Positions 8,885 to 18,405 of a DNA stretch of 64,000 nt are shown here, piece by piece. Each line of letters opens with the position of its first letter. The stretch's first letter is position 1. Under the pieces are notes generated by a model, which did not search any database, was not told the origin of the DNA, and was given only the letters and a program-made list of their open reading frames with translations. The stretch is from a virus, in the IMG/VR virus record IMGVR_UViG_3300013132_000034, positions 1 to 64,000 of that record; one strand, written 5' to 3'. The translations under genes were made by a program, and so were the position numbers.

Positions 8885-9538
8885 TTATAGAGGTATTATT
8901 CTTATTGCTACAAATGCTTCTGCATAATCTTCTTTAATTTCCCTACCTAAAATTTTAGCATTATCTATTATATTTTGTACTGATCTTGGGTGGTTGCTAT
9001 CTCTTATTTCTTGGGTGTAACACTGTAACGCATTTGCTTTAATTTTAATATGGCGTTCTTTTAAAGGTACAAAATAATTAGGCACGAAAGGTTGTATATT
9101 TTTTAGTATACCTTGATCTGTAGATGAGATTGTTTGATATAGAAAGATATTATCAACTCTATGTTTGCTCCAAATACGAGCTGCAGAGTTTAAAGCTTCA
9201 AACAATTTTCTATGATCTTGATGCAAATCGCCGTAAAAAGTAGAATATATTGTGTCCGGTTTTATTTCATAAATTAACTTTTCTAATTTATCAATTAAAT
9301 TATTATTAATATTGTGTAATTCTTGTTCATTTAAATTTAAAAACCTTAAACTATGTACACCGAGAATTTTAGAACTTTTAACTGCATCTCTTAATTGTAT
9401 TTTAGATCTTTCATCATACGAATTTCTTATTAATGCAACTGTTACTATATCACTACTTTCAATATGCTTGGCTATAGTAGCGCCGCACCCTAAAACTTCA
9501 TCATCCCCGTGAGGAGCCAGTACTAGAATTCTTCTCAT
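8885..9538 (-). CDS. PIG-L/LmbE family N-acetyl-sugar deacetylase
   Basis: LVLAPHGDDEVLGCGATI, DLHQDH, K..ALQCYTQE, YAEAF. Confidence 0.92.
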   Translation of the reverse strand: MRRILVLAPHGDDEVLGCGATIAKHIESSDIVTVALIRNSYDERSKIQLRDAVKSSKILGVHSLRFLNLNEQELHNINNNLIDKLEKLIYEIKPDTIYSTFYGDLHQDHRKLFEALNSAARIWSKHRVDNIFLYQTISSTDQGILKNIQPFVPNYFVPLKERHIKIKANALQCYTQEIRDSNHPRSVQNIIDNAKILGREIKEDYAEAFVAIRIIPL

Positions 9539-10286
9539 ATAATTTTAAAAATATGTCTCTCCTATTGTAGTCATTTTTAGCATAGTTAACTTGCAATATA
9601 TGTAATTTATCTAAAAATTCGGATTTACAATATATATCATTATATAAAGAATAATGAACGGGGTGTAATGAGAGCCCGTCTTTTGTTATATCCATATTAA
9701 GACTTTCAGAATATTGAGTATTTAAATCTAATTTTTTAAATTTTTTAGAAGCTAATAATTCTCCCATCAACACATCTTCACCTTTATAGCTGCCCGGGCA
9801 ATTTATAAAACTTTCTTCCGTTTGAGTAAGAATTTTTTTAACAGCTTTTTTTGAAATCATATAAAATCCACCCTCTGCATATTTTGATTTAGCAGGGCGT
9901 TTTGCTATTCTAAAATTTGATTTTACTTTGTAAAAATGTACTGTTTCAGAATTAATAATTTTATTAAATTTACCAATATAGTCGAATTTATAAAAATTTG
10001 CGTTTAATTTAGTATAATCAAAAAAAGTATCGTCATCTAATTTGATAACATGTGTATATTTTATATCTTGAATAGCTTTAAGAGCTAAAAACGTCTTAAG
10101 GGGCAATTGTTCATAGCATTCTTTAAAATTTCTAAGCTTTAGAAGGGGCACAGCGGGTATGAAATCTGACGTAACATAAAAATAAGAAATTTTTTGGTTT
10201 TGCAAAATTTTAGCCCAAGTATTTTCTATGGCTTGAATTCTTTTTAAATTTTTTTTACATGTTGTTATTAGAACTACAGGTTTCAT
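9501..10286 (-). CDS. GT31-like (galactosyltransferase/Fringe-type) glycosyltransferase
   Basis: RIQAIENTW, YEQLPLKT, HVIKLDDDTF, YAEGGFYMIS, EDVLMG, LSLHPV. Confidence 0.8.
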   Translation of the reverse strand: MKPVVLITTCKKNLKRIQAIENTWAKILQNQKISYFYVTSDFIPAVPLLKLRNFKECYEQLPLKTFLALKAIQDIKYTHVIKLDDDTFFDYTKLNANFYKFDYIGKFNKIINSETVHFYKVKSNFRIAKRPAKSKYAEGGFYMISKKAVKKILTQTEESFINCPGSYKGEDVLMGELLASKKFKKLDLNTQYSESLNMDITKDGLSLHPVHYSLYNDIYCKSEFLDKLHILQVNYAKNDYNRRDIFLKLYEKNSSTGSSRG

Positions 10287-11371
10287 GAAAAATAATCAGT
10301 ATAATTACTTTGACGTCTTACATCTAACGTTAAGCAATGATGTCCTCCTCCAAATAATCTACTATATCTAATTTGATTGGGTATAACTTCTATATTATAA
10401 TCTTTTAACTTATTTTTTAAAACACTGTAATATTCTGGCAAACAAACAATACAATTTTGAGATATAGAAAGCACGTTACAAAATATTTTTTCTGATGCTA
10501 GAGGTGTATAGCTAGTAGGTGTTAATTCAGGTGAAATTTTTATAAAATCCCATTGCTGTAAAGGCTCTGGTAGCTGCTCAATAATATCTAAAGTAATTAG
10601 AGCTAACCCTGGTTTAAGAGGTAAAAAAACAGAATCTATATGATGATCAGTAATTTGTACTGGCCATACTTCATATTCTTTACCTAAATGTTGTTGCAAC
10701 CAAATAGCTCCAAGCTTTTCATGTTCTGTTGGAGCATTAAATAATATTTTATTACCTAGCCTCATGCAATTTGCAGAATCAAACATTATTTCAACGCCAC
10801 AATCTAATTCATGAGCAAATTTATTTTTTAAATTTTCATAATATTCTAAAGCTCCCTCACTTTTATATACTCTTGAAAAATCATATGAACTATCTGTTAC
10901 AAGTGGTCTTGGTGCAGCTGACCATTTTGCACCATTTTTAAAATATTCTAAAAATAAATGTTTTAAATAATCATTTTCGAATTGTCTCCATCTAGCAGAA
11001 ATAGGTGTTTCAATTATCTCGTTACCTACTATCATAGTAAGATCTCTTACATTTAATGCGGGGTAGTTTGTGCTCTTCCAACATAGTGTCTGTGTTTTTA
11101 CTACTTTATTAGGCACTTTAGGTCTTTTTACAATAATTCCCATATTTTTTAGTAAATTTACAAAATTTTCTAAATCTTCATTATGTTCACAAATTATTTT
11201 TTTATCATGTGCCCATCTATCAGAAAAATAGCTATTTCTAACCCCAAATATATTATCATGAAAAAACAATTTAAAAGTTAAATCATCTGTTGGCAAAGAT
11301 TCAGGAAAACCATTACCGACAATAACTTCTTCTAAATTATCCCACTCATTATGACTATTTACAGTATTCAT
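10283..11371 (-). CDS. Amidinotransferase (glycine / inosamine-phosphate StrB1-type)
   Basis: VNSHNEWDNLEEVIVG, NVRDL, FDSAN, HIDS..LPLKPGL, GGGHHCLTLDVRR; Asp-His-Cys triad present. Confidence 0.92.
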   Translation of the reverse strand: MNTVNSHNEWDNLEEVIVGNGFPESLPTDDLTFKLFFHDNIFGVRNSYFSDRWAHDKKIICEHNEDLENFVNLLKNMGIIVKRPKVPNKVVKTQTLCWKSTNYPALNVRDLTMIVGNEIIETPISARWRQFENDYLKHLFLEYFKNGAKWSAAPRPLVTDSSYDFSRVYKSEGALEYYENLKNKFAHELDCGVEIMFDSANCMRLGNKILFNAPTEHEKLGAIWLQQHLGKEYEVWPVQITDHHIDSVFLPLKPGLALITLDIIEQLPEPLQQWDFIKISPELTPTSYTPLASEKIFCNVLSISQNCIVCLPEYYSVLKNKLKDYNIEVIPNQIRYSRLFGGGHHCLTLDVRRQSNYTDYFS

Positions 11372-12096
11372 ATTTTAAAAAAAATATTATAACAATCATT
11401 TTGTTTATTTAAATCCCAGTAAACAGTATATTTCCTAGTATGTTTATAATTTCCGAAAAATTGTGGCGCTATATTACATTTTTTCTTGGTTTTGTTTATA
11501 TCGTCAACTATGTAAAAAGGTAGATTATGCATTATTCCTTTTATAGAGTCTTGTGGGTTTTTATATATTATAATAATCTTAGAAGGATTATGTGTATATT
11601 CTAAATATTTTACCAAACTTACATCTTCCTTTATATTGAAAAAGTCTAGGACTTTTTTAATATTTCTATCGTTTATATAATAGTATCTTCTAATTTGAGT
11701 TGCATCGTTATTAAATTCAACTGATACTGCTTTTTGGTAATTTATCAAGCTAGTTTTTTCGAGTATATCGTGTTCTTTAAAATTAAAAAATTTATTTAGT
11801 TTTATATGAAAATTATATACTATATTATTCATATTGTCAATTTTAATAGAAAAACAATTATTGTTACTTCTATCTAAATCTATAAATTTATAAAATTTTT
11901 CATATAATTCATAATTATGCGGGAAGGGATACTCTTCTTTTGATAATTTATGTAGAAATTGAAAATATGCTTTATTTGAAATAATGGCTTTGTTTTCGTA
12001 TGTCTTTCCTAAAAGTCCTAACCAATTATTAGTGTAGTGGTGTTTTTTATATAATGTATTATATAGCTCGTAAAGACTCTTAAAATCAGTAACCAT
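11368..12096 (-). CDS. Hypothetical protein in the glycan-modification block
   Basis: ORF coupled to both neighbours; no motif recognised. Confidence 0.6.
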   Translation of the reverse strand: MVTDFKSLYELYNTLYKKHHYTNNWLGLLGKTYENKAIISNKAYFQFLHKLSKEEYPFPHNYELYEKFYKFIDLDRSNNNCFSIKIDNMNNIVYNFHIKLNKFFNFKEHDILEKTSLINYQKAVSVEFNNDATQIRRYYYINDRNIKKVLDFFNIKEDVSLVKYLEYTHNPSKIIIIYKNPQDSIKGIMHNLPFYIVDDINKTKKKCNIAPQFFGNYKHTRKYTVYWDLNKQNDCYNIFFKI

Positions 12097-12887
12097 TAAA
12101 ATTCTTTAGATAAATTTAAATACTCTTTACTATATTTATTTTCATCGTATCCGCTAACAACTATAGGATCAACTTCAGCAAAAATATCATAAGCAATAAA
12201 ATTAGAAGGTAATTCTAATATTCTTAAAAGATTTTTATATTTCTTATATGCGTACGCAACCCAAAACGAGTCACCATACCATGCCACAGTAGAAAGTATA
12301 TTGTCAGATACCTCCTTAAAAAATAATTGAGACGAGGAGGTATTCCTGACTATCATACAACCTTCTCTAAAATGTAGATCTTGAGTTTCGAGATCTATTA
12401 ATTTATTATCAAAATTTTTAAAATTATTTCTTCTTTTTTCTAATTCTTTGCCCTCCAAAACGCCTTTATGTGCAAATTTTATAAACAAATCGTAATCTTT
12501 ATCTTTTATAGATTCAAAAAACGGCATCATGTTTTTTAAAATTAAATTATCTGCATCCATATTAATTACGTAATCAAAATTATATTTTTTTAGTAAATTG
12601 TATATATTATATACTTTGCGTAAATTGGCGTAAGCGCCTCTTATACTGACTTTTCTTTCTTTAACAATATGTGATGTTTTATTTTTAATAGTAATTTTTG
12701 TATCGTCTAAATTTGAGTTATTATATTCAACAAAAGTGTTTTTTAAATTTTTAAATTCAAAATTTGACACATCAATTAAGTCTACAAACGCGCTTACCTC
12801 AGGTGAATTAGTATTGAGCGATGCTATACTCTTTTGTACATATGGTATATAATTATTATCGACACTATATGATAGACAAATTCTCAT
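12096..12887 (-). CDS. GT-A fold nucleotide-diphospho-sugar transferase (start revised to 12887, ATGA overlap)
   Basis: YVINMDADNLI DxD motif, GCMIVRN, WYGD; resembles 13713..14483. Confidence 0.7.
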   Translation of the reverse strand: MRICLSYSVDNNYIPYVQKSIASLNTNSPEVSAFVDLIDVSNFEFKNLKNTFVEYNNSNLDDTKITIKNKTSHIVKERKVSIRGAYANLRKVYNIYNLLKKYNFDYVINMDADNLILKNMMPFFESIKDKDYDLFIKFAHKGVLEGKELEKRRNNFKNFDNKLIDLETQDLHFREGCMIVRNTSSSQLFFKEVSDNILSTVAWYGDSFWVAYAYKKYKNLLRILELPSNFIAYDIFAEVDPIVVSGYDENKYSKEYLNLSKEF

Positions 12888-13711
12888 ATATTTTCTGCAA
12901 AAACACACTCCCTACATATACTGTTTACTGTTTCGTCGTTGAAACCTTTCAATATATTTTTATATATTTCTCCGGAATATAACTCATCATACGACATATT
13001 ATATAAATTACCCAAAACATGATGTTTTTCAACATCCATACAACATAAAACCACATCACCATCTGGCAATAGATGCTGAATTCTGTGGTGATCATGCTTA
13101 CATTTTATCTTTCCAGACAATTTTTTTGGAAGCAAGGGCGATTTGTAATGTATAGGGGTGTTTATTCTTTTAAAAGGTTCTGTATAATGAACTAAATCAG
13201 ACACATTATTTCTATTGAATAAGTCAACAATCTTGGTATCTACATTCTTAGTTAAAACCGTGACAGTATCTTTGTTTTCTGAACTTTTATTTTTTAATTG
13301 CTTTAAAAATTCATTTAAATGTTTAAGATAATCTTTCGAAATGTTTTTATAACTCATAAATTCATCTCTTATATGCACTGATCTGTTAAACCAATAAGAG
13401 CTATTTAAAAAAACCTCTATATTATTTGTATATTTTTCTGGCAAAGTAGTAAAGCAAACCAATTTATGACCTTTTTCATATGTATATTTTACTATAGACT
13501 CAAAGTCTCTATGCAGTAAAGGCTCACTCATACCTATAAACCCAATAATTGTACTGGATGGTATTTTATCAATTAAAATTTTATAGTTTTCTACTGATAG
13601 TCTTTTATTTTTACTCTTTAAAAATAATGAAAATTGTGGACAGTATGTACAGCTAACGCTACACCCTACGTAAAGGCTTATCTCCATCATTTTTTCACCG
13701 GGCTTTAGCAT
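12884..13711 (-). CDS. Radical SAM protein with SPASM/twitch domain
   Basis: CSVSCTYC, GMSEPLLH, C...LPDGDVVLCCMD...GNL...CREC. Confidence 0.9.
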   Translation of the reverse strand: MLKPGEKMMEISLYVGCSVSCTYCPQFSLFLKSKNKRLSVENYKILIDKIPSSTIIGFIGMSEPLLHRDFESIVKYTYEKGHKLVCFTTLPEKYTNNIEVFLNSSYWFNRSVHIRDEFMSYKNISKDYLKHLNEFLKQLKNKSSENKDTVTVLTKNVDTKIVDLFNRNNVSDLVHYTEPFKRINTPIHYKSPLLPKKLSGKIKCKHDHHRIQHLLPDGDVVLCCMDVEKHHVLGNLYNMSYDELYSGEIYKNILKGFNDETVNSICRECVFAENI

Positions 13712-13712
13712 A

Positions 13713-14483
13713 CTACATACCTATACTATTTAATTTGTTAAAAAACTTGTTATTTTTTGTAGAATTTTTAATCAAATTTTTTTGCTTTCTAAAACCTTCT
13801 GCAGACCATATAAATGAATTATCACTATAGTTTGTATCAACAAAATTCTTGGGCAATTCTTTTATATTAATATTATTTTTAAAAATTTCATTAGTAAAAA
13901 ATTCTGTATGCCCCCACATAGTATCAAATATATTACATTTATCACTAATACTTGTAAATAATTTTTTAGTATTTTTATTATTTTTTATAAACATAAAATT
14001 AGTTTTATATCTTTTAGTGCCTACTTCATTCAAAAAACCATTATTATCAACATTAAAACTTTCAAGCAAAATATCATACTTATATGAATAAGGTATTAAA
14101 AAACTTAAAGATTTATTGCATAGGCTATCTGCATCTAAAAAAACTATATTATTAATTTGCAAATTCAATAATTTTTTTATAAAATAAAAACGTGCATTAT
14201 TACAATAACAATTTTTTTCAGAAACATACTCATAAGTATTAAAAAACTTTAAAAATTCATTATCAATAGTGTTTAATTTTTTGACTATATGTTTTTCTGT
14301 ACATAGTTTTTTGTTGTCAAAAAATATACTAATATGAGATGTTTGGTAGTTTAATAATTCACCGGGTTCACCTATAAAATATAGATAAAAATTAGCATTC
14401 TTGTTATTTGCTTTTATAGATTTAAAGCAAGGAATTACAAAATCTAAATACTCTTTATCAGAAACTGCAGCTATATTAAGCAT
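13713..14483 (-). CDS. GT-A fold glycosyltransferase
   Basis: YCNNARF, IVFLDADSL DxD motif, FIWSAEGFRK. Confidence 0.7.
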   Translation of the reverse strand: MLNIAAVSDKEYLDFVIPCFKSIKANNKNANFYLYFIGEPGELLNYQTSHISIFFDNKKLCTEKHIVKKLNTIDNEFLKFFNTYEYVSEKNCYCNNARFYFIKKLLNLQINNIVFLDADSLCNKSLSFLIPYSYKYDILLESFNVDNNGFLNEVGTKRYKTNFMFIKNNKNTKKLFTSISDKCNIFDTMWGHTEFFTNEIFKNNINIKELPKNFVDTNYSDNSFIWSAEGFRKQKNLIKNSTKNNKFFNKLNSIGM

Positions 14484-14943
14484 TTTTTATCTTATCAAAA
14501 ATTTTTTCTAAATCTACAAAACATTTTTTGAATTTATTATTTTTAATAGTTAATTTACAATCATTTATAGAAAAAAATCTATTTAGATTAGTCAATGTAT
14601 ATTCGTAATTTTTTTTTGTAGCAAAATTCTTTGCAGAAGTTTTAAAAACTATTAAATTCCATACAGACGTAAAAAATGGGTGAGTTTCAATAAAAGACAT
14701 AGTTTTAATTAACGATTCATTGCATGTACTATCAATACAAATTAAACCACATGACCACTTTTTTTTGTCTGCAGTTAATCTAATAGGGTGATCAGCTTTT
14801 AAAAATTCTTCTCTAGTAACTAACCCATTCGAATGACTTAAAACATCAAAAGGAAAAAACCCAAAATGTTTTTTTATTTCATGTATATAATTAGAACCAT
14901 ATAGTTTTTTAACTTTTAACATGTAATCTAGTGCTGAAGGCAT
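14476..14943 (-). CDS. Hypothetical protein
   Basis: ORF with TAAATA 5 nt upstream. Confidence 0.6.
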   Translation of the reverse strand: MPSALDYMLKVKKLYGSNYIHEIKKHFGFFPFDVLSHSNGLVTREEFLKADHPIRLTADKKKWSCGLICIDSTCNESLIKTMSFIETHPFFTSVWNLIVFKTSAKNFATKKNYEYTLTNLNRFFSINDCKLTIKNNKFKKCFVDLEKIFDKIKNA

Positions 14944-14951
14944 TTAATTAT

Positions 14952-15689
14952 TTACATATTATATTTTTTTAAAATGCAATAATATAGTGATGCAAGGCGA
15001 GGGTTATTCCAATCTACTTTTAATTTACGATTCCAAATAGACGTGGTACAAGCAGTATTACACCAATGAATAGCGTATTTTGGTAAAGAATCTAATTCAT
15101 ACACATTACTATTGATCATTTTATATAAAAAATCTGCATTATCATCACCAAAAACTTCTTTGCTTACTATGTACTGATTGAAGTTGTATTTTATAACTGC
15201 ATTATTTAAAATTTCTAATGGCTTAACCCAGTTATCATTGTTGTGAGATATGTGTTTAGTGTATTCTGCAATCACATGATCAATAAAATCCACATTATTG
15301 CATTTAATTATATTTGCAACAACACCCTTCGAGTTGTGTGGTCTTAATATTATTTCTGTATTATTAAAATCATTGAATGATTTTAAACAAGTAACATCCA
15401 TATCTACGTACCATCCTTCTATTTTTTTAAGTAAATGAAATCTAAAAATATCGGAAAATCCACCTACGCTATTATTCGGGCAATCGCCAAAACCTTTATA
15501 TGTAAAAAAGTTTGATTTATCTAATATTTCGTTAGCATCTAATATAGTAAATTTACTATCTTTAAAATCTGTAATATTTTTATCATATGTAAATATATTA
15601 AATTCATGGTCATTAGATATAAAACTTTTTACAGTAAGTTCTTCTAACTTGTTTAATTTTTTTCCATAATAAAATGAATTAATTTTCAT
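14952..15689 (-). CDS. GT32-like (Gly_transf_sug, DxD) alpha-glycosyltransferase
   Basis: LEELTVKSFI, DANEIL, GGFSDIFRFHLL...GWYVDMDVTCLK, YAIHW. Confidence 0.85.
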   Translation of the reverse strand: MKINSFYYGKKLNKLEELTVKSFISNDHEFNIFTYDKNITDFKDSKFTILDANEILDKSNFFTYKGFGDCPNNSVGGFSDIFRFHLLKKIEGWYVDMDVTCLKSFNDFNNTEIILRPHNSKGVVANIIKCNNVDFIDHVIAEYTKHISHNNDNWVKPLEILNNAVIKYNFNQYIVSKEVFGDDNADFLYKMINSNVYELDSLPKYAIHWCNTACTTSIWNRKLKVDWNNPRLASLYYCILKKYNM

Positions 15690-16443
15690 ATTTTTTATAT
15701 ATTTTGATCATTTTTTTAAGATTATATATGTTATTATTTTTAATAATATGCTCATCAAAGCAGTCTTCGATGCTAGATCCCATCCACGGTTTTTTAGATC
15801 CAACGTACTGTAAAATTTTAAAACTATTTTTATATAGTTCAAAATTATAACTAAGTACGTTATAAACTTTAGATAAAAAATAAATTTTATTTTCAAAAAA
15901 TAAATTTAGCACAGGCTCATCACTAGACCATTTTTTTATTTTTGATAATTCAATTAATTTATTTTTTGTATGATAAGTAAGATATTTTTCATTTATAAAC
16001 ATCAAGCCACCATCAAAAAATTGTTTTGAAGAATGATCTAAACGATTTTTTTCATCTACTTCTACAGCGGCAAAATCTACTGACAGGTTAAATAATTCGT
16101 CTAGAGGTGAATTTACAATCATATCTAAATCAAAAAACAATATATTCTTTGACTTTAATAAAAATATATCAAATCTGTTATAACAATTAAATCCCCAGTT
16201 TCTAAATTTATCATTAGTATTGTAATAACTGTAATCGTTCGATAATATATCGATAAATTTAATATTTTTATATATTAATAATAGATCATCTTTTTCTTTT
16301 GGTGTTAATGTTTCAAAAGTTAAAAAATTATATAAAAAATTTATATTTGGATTATAATATAGTAAGCTTTTTAAAAATGATTTTGCGCCTGGCAAATATT
16401 TTCTATTTAATGTTGATGCAAACTGCAAAGATTCATTAATCAT
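15679..16443 (-). CDS. GT8 family glycosyltransferase
   Basis: YLPGA..FLKSL, RFDIF, LFFDLDMIV...LDELF, FDGGLM, SDEPVLN, YNV, LQYVGSKKPW. Confidence 0.88.
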   Translation of the reverse strand: MINESLQFASTLNRKYLPGAKSFLKSLLYYNPNINFLYNFLTFETLTPKEKDDLLLIYKNIKFIDILSNDYSYYNTNDKFRNWGFNCYNRFDIFLLKSKNILFFDLDMIVNSPLDELFNLSVDFAAVEVDEKNRLDHSSKQFFDGGLMFINEKYLTYHTKNKLIELSKIKKWSSDEPVLNLFFENKIYFLSKVYNVLSYNFELYKNSFKILQYVGSKKPWMGSSIEDCFDEHIIKNNNIYNLKKMIKIYKKYEN

Positions 16444-17728
16444 TGTAGCTCAATACAAAGCTGGGTATAGGGTAGAGCATTACAGGCCAGTATTCTAAAA
16501 TTTCTGTTACCGTTAATTTGGTAGACAATTCAGTTCTAAACAATTCATTATCATCTTTTAATAATTTTATAATTTGTAATAGATCGTTTTTTTCATCATC
16601 ATCATTTGTATTGGAGATATCACTCTCTATTTCTTTTACTAAATTGTCACGATGTTCAATTATTTGTTTCACTCTTAATATTTTTATTTCGTTAAAATAA
16701 AACCTAGGTGTTGTAATAATATTAACTGCTTTTTCTTCTGAGAATTCTTTTATTAAAATCTTATATAAATTAATATCTTTTCTTGTAAAGAAAGGTTCAT
16801 TTATAAAAATTTCATTTGGTGGCACAATATTGAATGGCCAAAACTTATATACAATATACGGTGATGTTATATTTTCGAGTTCTTGTTTAAAATCACTACC
16901 TTCAAGTATATTAATTTGTTTATGAACTTGAGCTTTTACATCAGTTGCACTTACTAATTCATTAAGTTGTTCTTTATTATCTAAATTATTGAGATCATTT
17001 TTAAGTTTTGTAATTAGCTCTTCTTTAATCTTATTGAGATATAATATATACACATTTTTGAGTTCATTTAGAAATGATATGTCTTTTAATTTATCGCAAA
17101 ACTCACTGTAAGATGTTGCGTTAATTTGATAATTTAATGCTTTGAAGATACTTTGTACACTTGGCAGAAAGTCTAGGGTTTGATAGTTTTCAAGAAATGC
17201 TTGAGAGAGTTTTTGACTAAATGCAATAAAATGAACGAATCCTACAATATCATTTTCAGGAATATGAATATTTAGATTAATTAATTTTTGGTTTAAACTA
17301 AAAACAGCTTGACTTGGCTCATGCTTACCAAAATCATCTATATTAAAACTTTTAAACTCTTTAATTTTAGTAAAAAAAGCCTGCATACTATCAAAATATA
17401 AATTAAATGCATTTTCTCTAAATTCTTTAGATGCTTGTCTTGTGAATAGCCATGGCGGTACGAAGGAAACTGGTACACCTAGAAACATTGTTTGCCTAAT
17501 GGTTTCTGGATCTATTGACTCAAGCTTATTAGTCAATACATTGTAATATTGTGCTTGATTTTTCTTTGCAAACTCATCATAAGAGTCAAGTAATCTTTGG
17601 TTATATGGTACGCCCAAGCATTCTGCTATCTTCTTGTTACAAGTTGCCAAAACATAGGGCACAGAATTATTCTTAAAATTTATTAATAACAATGATGATT
17701 GTAAAATATTATCTACATCAGTATACAT
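16436..17728 (-). CDS. Hypothetical helical protein with a duplicated C-terminal module; possible fibre assembly chaperone
   Basis: Two related segments ending ..YKFWPFNIVPP and ..LEYWPVMLYPIP; lies just downstream of the fibre genes. Confidence 0.55.
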   Translation of the reverse strand: MYTDVDNILQSSLLLINFKNNSVPYVLATCNKKIAECLGVPYNQRLLDSYDEFAKKNQAQYYNVLTNKLESIDPETIRQTMFLGVPVSFVPPWLFTRQASKEFRENAFNLYFDSMQAFFTKIKEFKSFNIDDFGKHEPSQAVFSLNQKLINLNIHIPENDIVGFVHFIAFSQKLSQAFLENYQTLDFLPSVQSIFKALNYQINATSYSEFCDKLKDISFLNELKNVYILYLNKIKEELITKLKNDLNNLDNKEQLNELVSATDVKAQVHKQINILEGSDFKQELENITSPYIVYKFWPFNIVPPNEIFINEPFFTRKDINLYKILIKEFSEEKAVNIITTPRFYFNEIKILRVKQIIEHRDNLVKEIESDISNTNDDDEKNDLLQIIKLLKDDNELFRTELSTKLTVTEILEYWPVMLYPIPSFVLSYND

Positions 17729-17757
17729 AATAAGACTTAATTAAAAATTCTATTTTT

Positions 17758-18405
17758 TCAAGGATAGCTACGGGTTCCGCCAATTCTAATTTCAGAACTT
17801 ACCATTTGCCCACCGCAAAACTTATCATCTACAACCCAACCAGTAAATACTGCACCATTATTAACAGTTGTGAGAGTATGATTAGATCCGTAGGGACCTG
17901 TCCATACATTAACAATACCAGATTGAGTACCTAAATTAAAACCAACATCTACAAAAATATAATAACCTGATCCCATACTTGAAGCAGGTGAACCACCACT
18001 AAAATTCATTACTATATTACCAGTAGAGTTTTTTGCACCTGTTGCTTGACCATTTGCAACACAAGCCGGGGGCGGTGAATAAGATTTTTGAAATTCAGAA
18101 ATACGGCTTGGTGAATATGGTGAGCCCGGGCCATTGTATTGCCAGGCTTTTGGTGATGTTGATGGTGAAAATGAGTTTATATTACCATTGTAATAAACTT
18201 CTTGTTGCTGCCACATGCATGTATTTGAATTAGTTACTATAACATTAGCGCCGCCTGTGACATTGTTGCCCATAAAACATTGTTCTAATGCAAATAAAGA
18301 TATATTTGAAGTACCGGGTACACCAGAAGCCCCAACACCACTTATCCAGTTTCTTATTTGTGAAATGGTTAATGTTGCGTTATTTGAAGTAGTAATAGCA
18401 GCCAT
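17758..18405 (-). CDS. Gly/Ser/Asn-rich virion protein, probably fibre-associated
   Basis: LTISQI N-terminus; coupled to the S74 fibre gene. Confidence 0.6.
   Translation of the reverse strand: MAAITTSNNATLTISQIRNWISGVGASGVPGTSNISLFALEQCFMGNNVTGGANVIVTNSNTCMWQQQEVYYNGNINSFSPSTSPKAWQYNGPGSPYSPSRISEFQKSYSPPPACVANGQATGAKNSTGNIVMNFSGGSPASSMGSGYYIFVDVGFNLGTQSGIVNVWTGPYGSNHTLTTVNNGAVFTGWVVDDKFCGGQMVSSEIRIGGTRSYP

Noticed and set aside
8662-13711. RiPP cluster (radical SAM/SPASM plus small Cys peptide)
   Set aside because: The peptide is 4 kb away with no leader/core pattern, no RRE, protease or transporter is visible, and the neighbours are sugar enzymes
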